64,000 nt of DNA from Longimicrobiales bacterium (GCA_965248195.1 CBDFIQ010000002.1:2400001-2464000), one strand, 5' to 3'. Counted from the first letter of the stretch, positions 31,826 to 41,833 are shown. The notes: generated from the sequence alone by a model not told the origin. A program made the numbers and translations.

Positions 31826-32833
31826 TTAGAGAGCAATATCCTGTGTGGTGAGGGAAGGGATGGGAGGATTGATGTAGACGGCCTCCGGGAGCGGTTTGGG
31901 CTTCGGCACACCTGTGACGAAGCGTTCGGGATGAGCGGCCCATGCTTCGCGGAGCACGGATTTCCTGCCGGCAATGACCTGATCGGCGTTCCCGAAGTGG
32001 ACCTGCTCGGGGGTTAGCATCGAGATACCGCCATGGCGGTGCTCGGCATTGTACCAGCGGAAGAACGATCGACACAACGTCTTGGCCTGGCCCTGATCCC
32101 CGAACCGCCCGGGAAACGAGGGATGGTACTTCAAGGTTTTGAACTGAGCCTCGGAAAACGGGTTGTCATCCGACACCTGAGGCCGGCTCAACGAGCGAGT
32201 CACGCCGAGGTCAGCGAGAAGTTGAGCGGTGCATTGGCTCGTCATTGGAGCTCCCCGATCCGAGTGCAGGGTCAGGACCCGGGGCTGGACGCCATGCTTC
32301 AGGCAGCTCTGCTGGATCAACCGGCCGGCCAGGGCCGAGTTCTCCCGGTCCGCCACCATCCAGCCCACGACGTAGCGGCTGTAGATGTCCATGATGACGT
32401 AGAGGTAGTAATAGCTCCACTTCTTCGGCCCGAGTAGCCGCGTGATATCCCAGGACCACACCTGGTTCGGCGCCGTGGCCATCAACTCGGGCTTCTTGTA
32501 CTCGGGATGGGTGCGCTGCGCCCGGCGTTCCTGAACCGGCACCTCGGAGGCCAGAACACGATACATCGTGCGTTCGCTGCACAGGTAGACCTCTTCGTCG
32601 AGCAGCGTGGCCACCACCTCGGCGGGTGAGCGGTCCACGAACCGCTCCGAACACAGCGTGTCGAAGACCTCGCCTCGTTCCGTCTCGCTCAATGCCCGGG
32701 CGGGCGTCGGGCGGGGCTGCCGTTGCCCGGTCGATGGGCCTCGACGACGGTAGAACGTCGATCGGGAGACCTCGAGAGCCGCGCACGCCGGTTTTACACC
32801 GACGTGCTTAGCCAGCTCATCGGCCGCCTTCAA
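31826..32833 (-). CDS. IS3 transposase OrfB (integrase core)
   Basis: PNQVWSWDIT, DIYSRYVVGW, HSDRG, DNPFSEAQFKTLK (DDE triad). Confidence 0.95.
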   Translation of the reverse strand: MKAADELAKHVGVKPACAALEVSRSTFYRRRGPSTGQRQPRPTPARALSETERGEVFDTLCSERFVDRSPAEVVATLLDEEVYLCSERTMYRVLASEVPVQERRAQRTHPEYKKPELMATAPNQVWSWDITRLLGPKKWSYYYLYVIMDIYSRYVVGWMVADRENSALAGRLIQQSCLKHGVQPRVLTLHSDRGAPMTSQCTAQLLADLGVTRSLSRPQVSDDNPFSEAQFKTLKYHPSFPGRFGDQGQAKTLCRSFFRWYNAEHRHGGISMLTPEQVHFGNADQVIAGRKSVLREAWAAHPERFVTGVPKPKPLPEAVYINPPIPSLTTQDIAL

Positions 32834-33279
32834 GAGTTCGTCCCGTCGTCGAGGCTTATCCCCAGCAGCCCCGCAACTTTTCCCTGCACGTCGATGATCA
32901 GGTGTGCCTTCCTGAGCTCATTCTCGAGCCGTGCGTTTTGCCGCTCCAGCTTGCGTACCTTCTCATCCAGCGGATTCCGCTCCGGCTTGCGGCCGCGTTT
33001 CTTCGACAGGGCCTTCAGCGACCCGCTATGCGCCGCCTTGCGCCACGTCGTCAGGTGCGACGAGTACAGGCCCTCGCGCCGCAGGAGCTGACCCACCTCG
33101 CCGGGCTCGGTGCACCGGTCCGCTTCTTCGACGATCCGCAGCTTGTACGATGGACTGAACCGCCGGCGTAGCGGCCTATCTACTACCTCCGGGTCCGCAG
33201 GAGCTGCCGCGCTTCGCTTGGCCTCCCCGATTCCAGGGGCACTACCATTCTCTTCCATTCTCTCTCGCAGTCCCAACAT
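32830..33279 (-). CDS. IS3 transposase OrfA (HTH)
   Basis: RRRFSPSYKLRIV...LLRREGLYSSHLTTWR plus a coiled coil. Confidence 0.92.
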   Translation of the reverse strand: MLGLRERMEENGSAPGIGEAKRSAAAPADPEVVDRPLRRRFSPSYKLRIVEEADRCTEPGEVGQLLRREGLYSSHLTTWRKAAHSGSLKALSKKRGRKPERNPLDEKVRKLERQNARLENELRKAHLIIDVQGKVAGLLGISLDDGTNS

Positions 33280-33352
33280 GTTCGTTTTCTCTGCCTTCGC
33301 CCTACTCTAATTCTTTGCGTGCTCCGTGTCTCACGTACGTTGGCAGAGAGGG

Positions 33353-33613
33353 CTAGAGCTCTTCGGGTTCGTCCCAGGTCTCCTCCCAGAATTCGTCCTC
33401 TTCCCTACTGATCTGCTTGAGATCCAGGGGCTCCGGATCGTCGGTGAAGAGCACGCCCTCTTCCTCGATCCGACGAATGTCGCCCTCGTCGATTCGGGGA
33501 GGCGGGACCTCGATCGATCTCTTGAGCTTCCGTCGCATGGAAATCCACGCGCACCCAACCAAGGCACAGAGAAAGAACCAGAGCACGGGCCAAAAAAAAC
33601 GAATGCTGATCAT
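33353..33613 (-). CDS. Small hypothetical membrane protein with acidic tail
   Basis: MISIRFFWPVLWFFLCALVGCAW followed by an acidic C-terminus; directly downstream of thrC. Confidence 0.65.
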   Translation of the reverse strand: MISIRFFWPVLWFFLCALVGCAWISMRRKLKRSIEVPPPRIDEGDIRRIEEEGVLFTDDPEPLDLKQISREEDEFWEETWDEPEEL

Positions 33614-33626
33614 GACCGCACGCTGC

Positions 33627-34817
33627 TCATGAGATCGGAGACATTCCCACGTACTTGAGCCCGCTACCCGTGTTGAAGAGCACGACCTCTTCCGCAGGAT
33701 CGAGCGCACCCATCGCGATGAGCGCGGGTACTGCAGCTGCGACGGCACCGCCCTCCGGGGCCGCGAAGATCCCGGTGTCCTCTCCGACGGCCTGTACCCA
33801 ATCTGCCATATCCTGGTCTGGGATCGCCACGGCAGCCCCGCCTGACTCCCGGATCGCGTTCAGGATCAGAAAGTCACCGACTGCCCCCGGCACGCGCAGC
33901 CCCGACGCATAGGTGGCGGCATCCGCCCACGGTTCCGCCTCCGCGGCCCCGCTCTCCCAGGCTCGCACCATCGGGGCGCACCCGGCTGCTTGAACGGAGA
34001 ACATCTTCGGCCGCTCCGGCCCGATCCAGCCCATTCGCTCCATCTCGTCGAACGCCTTCCACATCCCGATCAGGCCGGTCCCGCCGCCAGTCGGGTAGAC
34101 GATGCCGTCGGGAAGCCGGCCGCCGAGCTGTTCGAAGACCTCGTACCCCATCGTCTTCTTGCCCTCCACCCGGTACGGCTCCTTGAGCGTCGAGAGATCG
34201 AACCAACCGTGTTGCTCCACACCCGTCCGCACCACACGCCCGCAATCGGTGATCAGCCCATCGAGAAGCTGTAGGTCGGCGCCCAGCGCCCGCATCTCGG
34301 CGAGGATGGGTGCGGGAGTATCCGTGGGTACGACCACATGGACCGGCAGGCCGGCCGCGGCGCCGTAAGCCGCCGCCGCGCCGCCCGCGTTGCCCGCAGA
34401 CGGGAGCGCGAGAGCGGTGGCACCCAGCTCCTTTGCACGAGAGACGGCCAGACACAGCCCGCGATCCTTGAAGCTGCCCGTGGGATTCTGCCCCTCGTCT
34501 TTGACCCAGATCCGGCCAGCCCCCATGCGGGCGGCCAAGCGGGGGGCGTCGAGAAGCGGCGTCCACCCCTCGCCCAGGCTGACTTGGAAAGCCCTGTTTC
34601 GAACGGGGAGCACGTCCTCATAGCGCCACAGATCGGCCCTGCGCCCAGTGAGGTCGGCGGGTTGGAACCCGGGCCGAATGGCGTCGAGGTCGTAGCGCGC
34701 GAAGTACGGCTTCCCGGCGGGCGACAAGCCGTGCAGGGCTTCGCTCTCGACGGTTTCGCCGGTGTACGTGCACTCGAGGTGGCTGGCCCCGCGGAGGGGC
34801 GCGGAAACGGATGGCAT
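33627..34817 (-). CDS. thrC: Threonine synthase (PLP fold type II)
   Basis: SLGEGWTPL, KDEGQNPTGSFKDRG, PSAGNAG, EGKKTMGYE, PTGGGTG, FNTGSGLKY. Confidence 0.88.
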   Translation of the reverse strand: MPSVSAPLRGASHLECTYTGETVESEALHGLSPAGKPYFARYDLDAIRPGFQPADLTGRRADLWRYEDVLPVRNRAFQVSLGEGWTPLLDAPRLAARMGAGRIWVKDEGQNPTGSFKDRGLCLAVSRAKELGATALALPSAGNAGGAAAAYGAAAGLPVHVVVPTDTPAPILAEMRALGADLQLLDGLITDCGRVVRTGVEQHGWFDLSTLKEPYRVEGKKTMGYEVFEQLGGRLPDGIVYPTGGGTGLIGMWKAFDEMERMGWIGPERPKMFSVQAAGCAPMVRAWESGAAEAEPWADAATYASGLRVPGAVGDFLILNAIRESGGAAVAIPDQDMADWVQAVGEDTGIFAAPEGGAVAAAVPALIAMGALDPAEEVVLFNTGSGLKYVGMSPIS

Positions 34818-34856
34818 CAGAAAAGAGTCACCAAAAGAGTCACCGAGGGTAAGGCC

Positions 34857-36893
34857 TCAGTTCGAGTCGGCCGCGCTCGTCATCATTTTCAAATCGTCGG
34901 AAGCGCCCCCCAGCAACCTGACGCCTATCGCGACGGCCAGCAAAGCCGGAGCCAGGAGCACCCATGGTGGCGCCTCTCCGCCACTCTCGAGCCAGGCGCG
35001 GAGCGCGGGAATGGAGGCCATCAAGACAATACTCCCGTTGTTCACGAAGTGCATGAGGATGCCCACCCATATTGAGCGCGTGGACAGGACGGCCCATGCC
35101 AGGAGGAAGCCGAGCCACGCCGTCGGCAGAAAGCGGAACGCCGACTCGAAGGAGATGTGGAACGCTCCGAACACCAACCCGTTGAACGCGGCGACGTGCA
35201 CCGCGGACGCACGGTCTCGAATCCCCGCGAGGAGCACGCCCCTGAAGACCACCTCTTCGCAGATCGCCGGCGTCAGCGCCAGCAGGGCGAGCAGCCACAA
35301 AAACCGTGACGGGCTCTCCGCGGTGATGAGGTCCTCGAGGCCCTCGAGCATGTCCCACGGAACCGGGAGCACGAATCCCTGTGCCCATGCGAGGAACCAG
35401 CCCAACGGCATCCCTCCGGCAATCAAAAGTAGAGCCCCCACGACCTTCTGACCCTGGGGACGCCGGAAGGAGAAGGTCTCGCCGAAATCGAAACCGGCTA
35501 CCCGTACGAAGAGGAACGCGGGAAGAAGCAAGAGCAGCCACTCGGACAGGAGCAGTCCGCGTTCTCCCCACCCCGCCTGGAGCGGGAAGCCCATGTAGAA
35601 GAAGAGCACGGCCACTGCGGCGATGAATCCGATCGCCTGTGCCGCGCTCGGCGTAGCGGAAACGGGGCCGAGCAGCCGACGAAGCCGCTCCCGGAGCCCC
35701 CCGCCGGATTGGACGTGCGCGTCCCCTACCCCGAAGAGCACGTCCTCCCGACCGAAGGAGGCCGAGGCGAAGGAGAGCGCAGCCCACGCCCAGAGCCCCG
35801 TCGTGGCGACTGCCACCGCGGAGGGAGCGAGCGCGGGACTCCCGGCCATGAGTTCACGGAAGAAGATCGACAGTCCCGCGACCGGGACGGCCGCCAGAGC
35901 CAGCGTGAAGCCAATCCCGGGAAACACCGGCAGCAGCGCCGGCACCATCACCAAGAGATATACCGGCGTCAGTGCTGTCTGGGCCTCCTTGAAGGAACGG
36001 GAGCGAAGCGCGATCCCCAGGAAGAGCGACGCGAACAACACCGAAAGGGGGATGAGGGTAACGAAGATGAGTAGTACCGAGCTCCATGGCAGCGCGAATT
36101 CGATTTCCAGACTTCCGCCAAGCTGGAAGAGGCCGGTCTGAAAGGTGAGCAGCATGCTGGCCAGATTGAGAGCGGCGGCCACCACACCGATGAGTGCTAC
36201 GGCCAGAAACTTTCCTACGACGATTTGCCGAGGTGGCACCGGGGCGGTAAGCAGCGTTTCCAGCGTGCCGCGCTCCTTTTCTCCGGCCGCCATATCGATG
36301 GCCGGGTAGAAGGTGCCGAGCAGCGTCATGAGGATCAGCAGCATAGGCAGGAAGCGCCCGAGAGTGTATCCGCCTAGTTCCTCCGCTCGAGCCACCGAGG
36401 AATCGGCGACGGCCAACGGGTCGGCAAACCCTGGTGGAAGTCCGCGCTCGGTGAGTCTCCTAGCCAGCAACGTGTCGTCCCAGTTCCGGAGGGCCCGGGC
36501 CAGGACGGTGCGCGCCCGCTGTGAACGCTCATCGGCCGCGTCGTAGAGCACGGTAGCCCTCTGTGTGCCTCCCCCCTCGGGCCGCGGCCCGAAAACCACC
36601 ACCGCCCCGACTAATTCGGAGCGGACCGCCTCCACGGGGTCTGGCGCGTCGAGTAATTCGAGTTCCTCGTCGGAGGCCAAGAACTCGATGACATCGTCTG
36701 AAGCGGGACCAGTGACCGCCACCTGAGCCGCCTCGGACTCGATGCGGCGTATGCCCAGAAGCGCGAACTGCTCGGTGGCGATGAGCAACACCGGATAGAG
36801 CAAGATTGGGATCGCCACCATCACCATCAGAGTGCGGCGGTCCCGTAACGTCTCGCGCAACTCCTTACGGAAGACGACCCAGGCCGGACTCAA
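34857..36893 (-). CDS. NatB-like ABC-2 permease fused to a CPBP (Abi/CAAX) intramembrane protease
   Basis: KELRETLRDRRT and AGEKERGTLETLL in the permease part; EEVVFRG, FGAFH and HFVNN CPBP motifs at the C-terminus. Confidence 0.9.
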   Translation of the reverse strand: MSPAWVVFRKELRETLRDRRTLMVMVAIPILLYPVLLIATEQFALLGIRRIESEAAQVAVTGPASDDVIEFLASDEELELLDAPDPVEAVRSELVGAVVVFGPRPEGGGTQRATVLYDAADERSQRARTVLARALRNWDDTLLARRLTERGLPPGFADPLAVADSSVARAEELGGYTLGRFLPMLLILMTLLGTFYPAIDMAAGEKERGTLETLLTAPVPPRQIVVGKFLAVALIGVVAAALNLASMLLTFQTGLFQLGGSLEIEFALPWSSVLLIFVTLIPLSVLFASLFLGIALRSRSFKEAQTALTPVYLLVMVPALLPVFPGIGFTLALAAVPVAGLSIFFRELMAGSPALAPSAVAVATTGLWAWAALSFASASFGREDVLFGVGDAHVQSGGGLRERLRRLLGPVSATPSAAQAIGFIAAVAVLFFYMGFPLQAGWGERGLLLSEWLLLLLPAFLFVRVAGFDFGETFSFRRPQGQKVVGALLLIAGGMPLGWFLAWAQGFVLPVPWDMLEGLEDLITAESPSRFLWLLALLALTPAICEEVVFRGVLLAGIRDRASAVHVAAFNGLVFGAFHISFESAFRFLPTAWLGFLLAWAVLSTRSIWVGILMHFVNNGSIVLMASIPALRAWLESGGEAPPWVLLAPALLAVAIGVRLLGGASDDLKMMTSAADSN

Positions 36894-37651
36894 GCCGGCT
36901 CCTCAGGGGGGACGGCCTCCCCGTCGCTCCCGCCGTCTCCCTGGACCAGCGCGAGAAAGGCGCACGCCAAGTTGCGCTCGCCGGTCTTTTCGATGAGCGA
37001 GGCGGGCGTCCCCTCCGCCACAAGACGTCCGCCACTCAGGACGCCCACGCGGTCGGCCAGCAGCTCCACCTCGGCCATCTGGTGCGTCGAAAAGACGATC
37101 GCCTTTCCGCGATCACGCTCCGCCTCGATGAACCGATAGATCACCTGGCCGCTGAGCACGTCGAGTCCCATGGTGGGCTCGTCGAGGATCAGCGCGGGCG
37201 GATCATGGACGAGCGCGCGGGCCACGGAGACGCGTTGGGCCTGCCCGGTCGATAGGGTCCCACAGCGCTGGCTCGCGAAGGGCGTGATACCGAACACATG
37301 CATGAGTTCGGCGACCCGTCCATCGAGGGCTGGCTCCTCCATTCGGTGGAGCCGTCCGAAGTACTGGAGAAGCTCCACCGGAGTGAGGCGGTCGTAGAGT
37401 CCCATCGAGGCGGCGAGAAAGCCGATGCGTGCACGCACCACAAGGGGCTGCACGCGCACATCGGCATCGCCCACCAAAGCGGTACCCGAGGTCGGTGCCT
37501 GTAGCGTCGCCAGGCACCGGAGCGCCGTCGTCTTCCCCGCCCCGTTAGGACCGAGGAGCGCATATACCTCCCCGGGCTCGACGCGAAGGGAGAGACCCTC
37601 CACCGCACGGAGCGGTCCGTAGGTCTTCGTCAGATCCTGGAACTCGATCAT
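36890..37651 (-). CDS. NatA-like ABC transporter ATP-binding protein
   Basis: GPNGAGKTT, LSTGQ, ILDEPT, STH. Confidence 0.93.
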   Translation of the reverse strand: MIEFQDLTKTYGPLRAVEGLSLRVEPGEVYALLGPNGAGKTTALRCLATLQAPTSGTALVGDADVRVQPLVVRARIGFLAASMGLYDRLTPVELLQYFGRLHRMEEPALDGRVAELMHVFGITPFASQRCGTLSTGQAQRVSVARALVHDPPALILDEPTMGLDVLSGQVIYRFIEAERDRGKAIVFSTHQMAEVELLADRVGVLSGGRLVAEGTPASLIEKTGERNLACAFLALVQGDGGSDGEAVPPEEPA

Positions 37652-37683
37652 GCGGGCACCGTATGGGAATATGCGCACTCCGG

Positions 37684-37711
37684 GCAACCCTCCAGAGCGC
37701 CACCGCGTCTA
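37684..37711 (+). promoter_or_regulatory. Putative autoregulatory ECF promoter
   Basis: GCAAC-N17-CGTCTA about 30 bp upstream of the ECF sigma gene; fits the general AAC/CGT ECF pattern. Confidence 0.55.
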
Positions 37712-37740
37712 ACGCTAAATGATACCTCGGCCCCGTGGGA

Positions 37741-38319
37741 ATGAACGAAGCGCAACTGTTACGAAAAGCGTGCCAGGGAGACGGGCCCGCTGTGCGAGCT
37801 CTCTACGAAAGGTACTCCCCCCGCGTGTACGCGGTCGTTCGGCGAATAGCGGCGGATGACGATCTTGCGCAGGATTACGCGCAGGAGGCGTGGATCCGTG
37901 CGATCCGTGCGCTTCCGACGTTTCGGGGAGAGGCCCGGTTCGCTACGTGGCTTCACCGCATCGCGGTAAACTCGGCCCTGCAGGCGGTCCGGAGGGCGGA
38001 GACGCGGCACAAGAAAGAGGTGCCGATGCCTGAGTCGTTGGCCGTGGCTCCACCGGCGGGGGATGCTCTGCTGAGCCAAAAGCTCGAGTGGGCGCTCGAC
38101 TGCTTGCCCGAACGCATGCGAAAGGTGTTGATCCTCCATGACGTGGAGGGTTACACCCACGACGAGATCGGTGAACTGTTGGGGACCACCGCGGGGACGT
38201 CCAAGTCCCAACTGTTCAAGGCCCGCGGAAAAATGAGGGCGTTACTGAAAGACCTGGCTTCATCGGAGAGTCCGGGTTCGGTAGACGACGGAAAGGAAAT
38301 GGAAGCATGGAGCATCTGA
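37741..38319 (+). CDS. ECF RNA polymerase sigma factor
   Basis: DYAQEAWIRA, FRGEARFATWLHRIAVN, LHDVEGYTHDEIG...GTSKSQLFKAR. Confidence 0.95.
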   Translation: MNEAQLLRKACQGDGPAVRALYERYSPRVYAVVRRIAADDDLAQDYAQEAWIRAIRALPTFRGEARFATWLHRIAVNSALQAVRRAETRHKKEVPMPESLAVAPPAGDALLSQKLEWALDCLPERMRKVLILHDVEGYTHDEIGELLGTTAGTSKSQLFKARGKMRALLKDLASSESPGSVDDGKEMEAWSI

Positions 38320-38975
38320 CACCCGACACGCTTGCTCGTCTCGTCGACGAGCGGCCGAGTCCCGACGAGCGGGAGCACCTCGAGGCGTGCAGCCGCTGCG
38401 CTGAGGAGTTCCGATCATTCAGGCTTCAGTCCGACGCCCTCGGAGGCCTTGCAGCACTAAGGCCTCCGTCGGGCGACTGGGAGTCGCTGGAGGCTCGGCT
38501 AGTGGGCGAGGGGCTCATCCGCACGCCGGAGACCTTCCGGCGCTTTGGCTTCGCGGCGGCCCCGGCCTGGATGCAGGCCGCGGCGGCCGTCGTGGTCTTC
38601 CTCGGGGGGACTGGGTTCGGGCTCGCGCTCACGAAGGGAGCGACAGCGGATAGGCTATCGCCCGAGAGCATGCTCGTTTCTATGTCGCAGATCTCGTCGG
38701 CCGAAGAGGCCGTGCGAGCCGTGGAGTCCGCGGAACAAGCCTACATGCAGGCGCTCGTACGTTACCGGCAGTTGACGGGCGGGAGCGACGGGCCGCGGGT
38801 TGCGGACCCCTTGAGCCGCGTGACGGCGTTGGAGGGCCTGTTGGCTGCGAGCCAAGAAGCGGTGCGCCTCGCGCCGACGGATCCGGTCTTCAATGGGTTC
38901 CTGGTCAACGTACTGGCCGAGCGACAGGAAGTCCTGCGGCAAATTTCGACCAGCAGGAACGACGACTGGTTCTGA
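38307..38975 (+). CDS. Zinc-binding (ZAS) membrane anti-sigma factor
   Basis: HLEACSRC (HxxxCxxC), one transmembrane segment, overlaps the 3' end of the sigma gene. Confidence 0.82.
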   Translation: MEHLTPDTLARLVDERPSPDEREHLEACSRCAEEFRSFRLQSDALGGLAALRPPSGDWESLEARLVGEGLIRTPETFRRFGFAAAPAWMQAAAAVVVFLGGTGFGLALTKGATADRLSPESMLVSMSQISSAEEAVRAVESAEQAYMQALVRYRQLTGGSDGPRVADPLSRVTALEGLLAASQEAVRLAPTDPVFNGFLVNVLAERQEVLRQISTSRNDDWF

Positions 38976-38977
38976 CG

Positions 38978-40312
38978 ATGAGTGTCGGACCCCTCGGGAG
39001 CGCCGCGAAAACGGCTGCTCTGGTCACCGCCTTGATCGCCTTGTGTGTGTCCAGCGGTTACGCCCAGATCCTTCCGCCGGGGTGGGACGTGCCCGTCGCC
39101 TCGGTGCGCCAGCTCGATCCAGCCGAGCGCGGTTGGATCGGCGTCGGCGTGGAAACTACCGTCACGGAGGCCGCTAGAGGTCCCGTCACCCTTGAGGTAC
39201 GCGTTGTACGCACGGTTGACGGAGGTCCCGCGGTGCTGGTCGGCGTCGTGCCCGGCGACGTCATCCGTACCATCGACGGGGACCCCATCACGATCGAACG
39301 CTGGCAGAGGTTTACGCAGAACCTCCGTCCCGGGGTGGATTTGCGTCTTGCGCTCGAACGCGCAGGCCGTAGGCGGGAGGTACGCTTGACAACCGCGCCG
39401 CGACCGAGCCTTTCGCCGGTGCCCATGGGGCTGACCGTTTACCTGGACTCGGTGCGGACGTCATTCCGGACCCGGCTCGAATCGGGCAGAGGCGTGTGGG
39501 CCAGCCGGGACTATGTGACACGCCTCATCGCGGGCGACTCGGTCGAGGAGACATCCAGACGAATCCTCGATCGGACTCGTCAAAATGTGGTGAGGTACGG
39601 TGTCCGCCCGGGATCGAACGCCGACATCCTTACTCCATCCGGGCAAGGCGGCGATCGATACTCCGTCGTGTGGAACACGGAAGCGGCGCTCCCCTTCGAG
39701 TACCTCATGCTCCAGTCACCCGAGGCGGACTCGGTGAAGACCGCCATCATCCGCCTACGAGGGGCGCTAACCGAGGTAACCGAGGCCACCCGCGTCCGAG
39801 AGCAAGAGATCAGGGCGATCGTGGAGCGGACGGCTAGGCGGCTGGGCGATAGCGATGCACAGCTCCTCCGCTTGAGGTTGGATAATGAGCGGGTCCAAGA
39901 GGATCTCGAGCGACTTGCCGTCCGCTTAGCCGAGATCGGCTCGAACGAGCGCGAAGCCAGGATACAGGTCGCGGGAATCGGGTCCGAGATCGCGGCCCGC
40001 ATCCGGCCGATCACAGCCCGTGTAGCCGGCCGGAATTTCATCGGCGGCGCCCAGTTCAACGACCTGAATCCCCAGTTGGGCGAATACTTCGGCACGGATC
40101 ATGGCGTGCTCGTCATCCAGGTGATGAGCGGGACGCCATGCGCCGAGGCGGGTCTCGTGCCGGGTGACGTGGTCACCCACGTTGGTGACACGGAGATCGA
40201 TAGCGTCGAGGGCTTCCGCGCAGTTCTGAACCGGGTCTTCGCCCGACGCCGACAGGCTGAGCTCACGCTGGTGCGACAGGGAGAGCAGGTCGCGGCTACG
40301 CTGGCGCGCTGA
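38978..40312 (+). CDS. Exported protein with two PDZ domains and a central coiled coil
   Basis: GWIGVGV...GDVIRTIDG and LGEYFGTDHGVLV...AGLVPGDVVTHVG; no trypsin domain seen. Confidence 0.8.
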   Translation: MSVGPLGSAAKTAALVTALIALCVSSGYAQILPPGWDVPVASVRQLDPAERGWIGVGVETTVTEAARGPVTLEVRVVRTVDGGPAVLVGVVPGDVIRTIDGDPITIERWQRFTQNLRPGVDLRLALERAGRRREVRLTTAPRPSLSPVPMGLTVYLDSVRTSFRTRLESGRGVWASRDYVTRLIAGDSVEETSRRILDRTRQNVVRYGVRPGSNADILTPSGQGGDRYSVVWNTEAALPFEYLMLQSPEADSVKTAIIRLRGALTEVTEATRVREQEIRAIVERTARRLGDSDAQLLRLRLDNERVQEDLERLAVRLAEIGSNEREARIQVAGIGSEIAARIRPITARVAGRNFIGGAQFNDLNPQLGEYFGTDHGVLVIQVMSGTPCAEAGLVPGDVVTHVGDTEIDSVEGFRAVLNRVFARRRQAELTLVRQGEQVAATLAR

Positions 40313-40458
40313 GGCCCCACTCTGGGGGCTCCCACCTCCTCCTCCTCTTACGCGCTGATGCGAGTTGGACCTCCGTGGTGCCCCGAGGCCCCTTCAGGCG
40401 GGACGCGTCGGGACCCTCTAGTGCCATCGCCGCTTCTTTGTCGACACCGCCACCTGCT

Positions 40459-41405
40459 TCACTCCCAGTGAGAGCTCACCCTACTCAGGAAATGTGCCTC
40501 ATGCTCCCAGGGGCGCTGATCGTAGCTGATGAGCTGGTTCGCCACACCCCATCCCCCGAGGTGGAGCCCCAGGTCGAGATGGCGGTCGATCCACGCGCCG
40601 CCAGGGAATCGGTCGGTCAGTAAACCCTCTACGGGATCGCCCCAAGTAAGGAAGCTGAAGTCGTCTTGGGCGACGTGCACGCGCTCATGGGCGAAGAGCG
40701 CGGCCACTTCCGCGTTCGCACGGGGAGCGTGGAGGCCGCCACGGAGCCAGATCACTCCGCCGACTTGGGACGCGATCCAGCCCGGCTCATCCATTGCTCT
40801 CGGGAGAAGAAGACGGGCGTACCCGCCGAGATGCTCGCGCCGAAGTCGAAATCGACGTTCTCCCGGAGCCCGAGATAGGCGGTGGCGAGTAGCGTGAGCA
40901 CGTCGAGCTGTACCCGCGTGTGCATCTGGAGCGCGGACGTGGTGTCGCTCCACAGGTACAGCCGGGCTACGCCGATTGGAAGGACGAGCCGCTCGAGCGC
41001 ACCCCGGCCATCGGCGGCGCTGCGCACCATCGAAGTGCCCACGGCCGCCACCTCGCGACCGACCAGCCCTGCGCCGTAGAACCGCTCGACGGCGATGCGC
41101 TTGCCGGCGTAGGCAACGGCACCACCGAGCGCGCCGTCGATGAACGCCTCCCAAAATGAGCCGCCTCGCAGCTTCTGGATCAGGGCGGCGGTGAGCCCGC
41201 CGAGCGCGGCGTTGCCGCTCAGGAATTCCAGCTCACCCGGCCAGGCGAGGGGCCTGGCCGTGCGCTCGTGTGGGACGGTGCGCAGCGGATCGGATTCCGA
41301 TTGTCCGTTTGCGGCCAGCGGGTAGACAAGGAGCACGAGCAAGAGCGCTGTGGTTGTCGGACGCCAGTTGCTTCCGACCACCGGACGCCCTCTCTGCGCG
41401 CTCAC
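40459..41405 (-). pseudogene. Frameshifted exported/membrane protein with an HExxH metallopeptidase-like motif
   Basis: Frame A (signal peptide ...TPVFFSREQW) switches near 40790 to frame B (DEPGWIASQVGG...FAHERVHVAQ...PWEHEA). One extra G (TGG GAT) would fuse them. Confidence 0.65.
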
Positions 41406-41430
41406 GTGTGGAGAGCCGATTCAGGGTAAC

Positions 41431-41760
41431 TCAGCCGTCGTCGGCACCAGCGGCCTCGATTTCCAGCGCTCGCCGGTTGTTGCTGTTCGAGATCTCCTCG
41501 AACTCGATCTCGACCGCGTCCCCTACGGAAATAGCGGAGAGACCGCTTAAGCCCTCGTACTGCGTGGCGGCGGTCACCTCGTAACGGATCCCGTCGTCGG
41601 CATCGAGAAAGTCGGACCCGATCGCCAGGACCGTGACCGGGACCTCATTCTGTTCGTTCTCGTCCTCATTGCCGGTGACGGCGCGGTTGCAGCCCAGGAT
41701 GCTAAAGGCGAGTAGCAACATAGCCAGGCGGGCGAACGAGGTGGTGCGTGTGCGGCTCAT
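41431..41760 (-). CDS. Small lipoprotein, DUF5666/OB-fold-like
   Basis: Lipobox ILGC; YEVTAATQYEG...ISVGDAVEIE...RALEIE; GAGG RBS. Confidence 0.7.
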   Translation of the reverse strand: MSRTRTTSFARLAMLLLAFSILGCNRAVTGNEDENEQNEVPVTVLAIGSDFLDADDGIRYEVTAATQYEGLSGLSAISVGDAVEIEFEEISNSNNRRALEIEAAGADDG

Positions 41761-41806
41761 GATAGACACCTCAAGTTGGAAGTGGACCTGGTGATTTCAC
41801 TTACAG

Positions 41807-41833
41807 GAGCAGCTCAGCCGCAGCCTTTGTGAC
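41807..41833 (-). promoter_or_regulatory. Putative ECF promoter GTCACA-N17-GCTC (copy 1, lipoprotein gene)
   Basis: Minus strand GTCACAaaggctgcggCTGAgCTGCTCCT; same spacing as copies 2 and 3. Confidence 0.65.

Larger units (their letters stand above)
31786..33352 (-). mobile_element. IS3-family insertion sequence, copy 1 (1567 bp)
   Basis: Same sequence as 43818-45384, inverted. Imperfect 27-bp terminal repeats. CTA target duplication at 31783-85 and 33353-55, which is the stop codon of the neighbouring gene. Confidence 0.95.
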
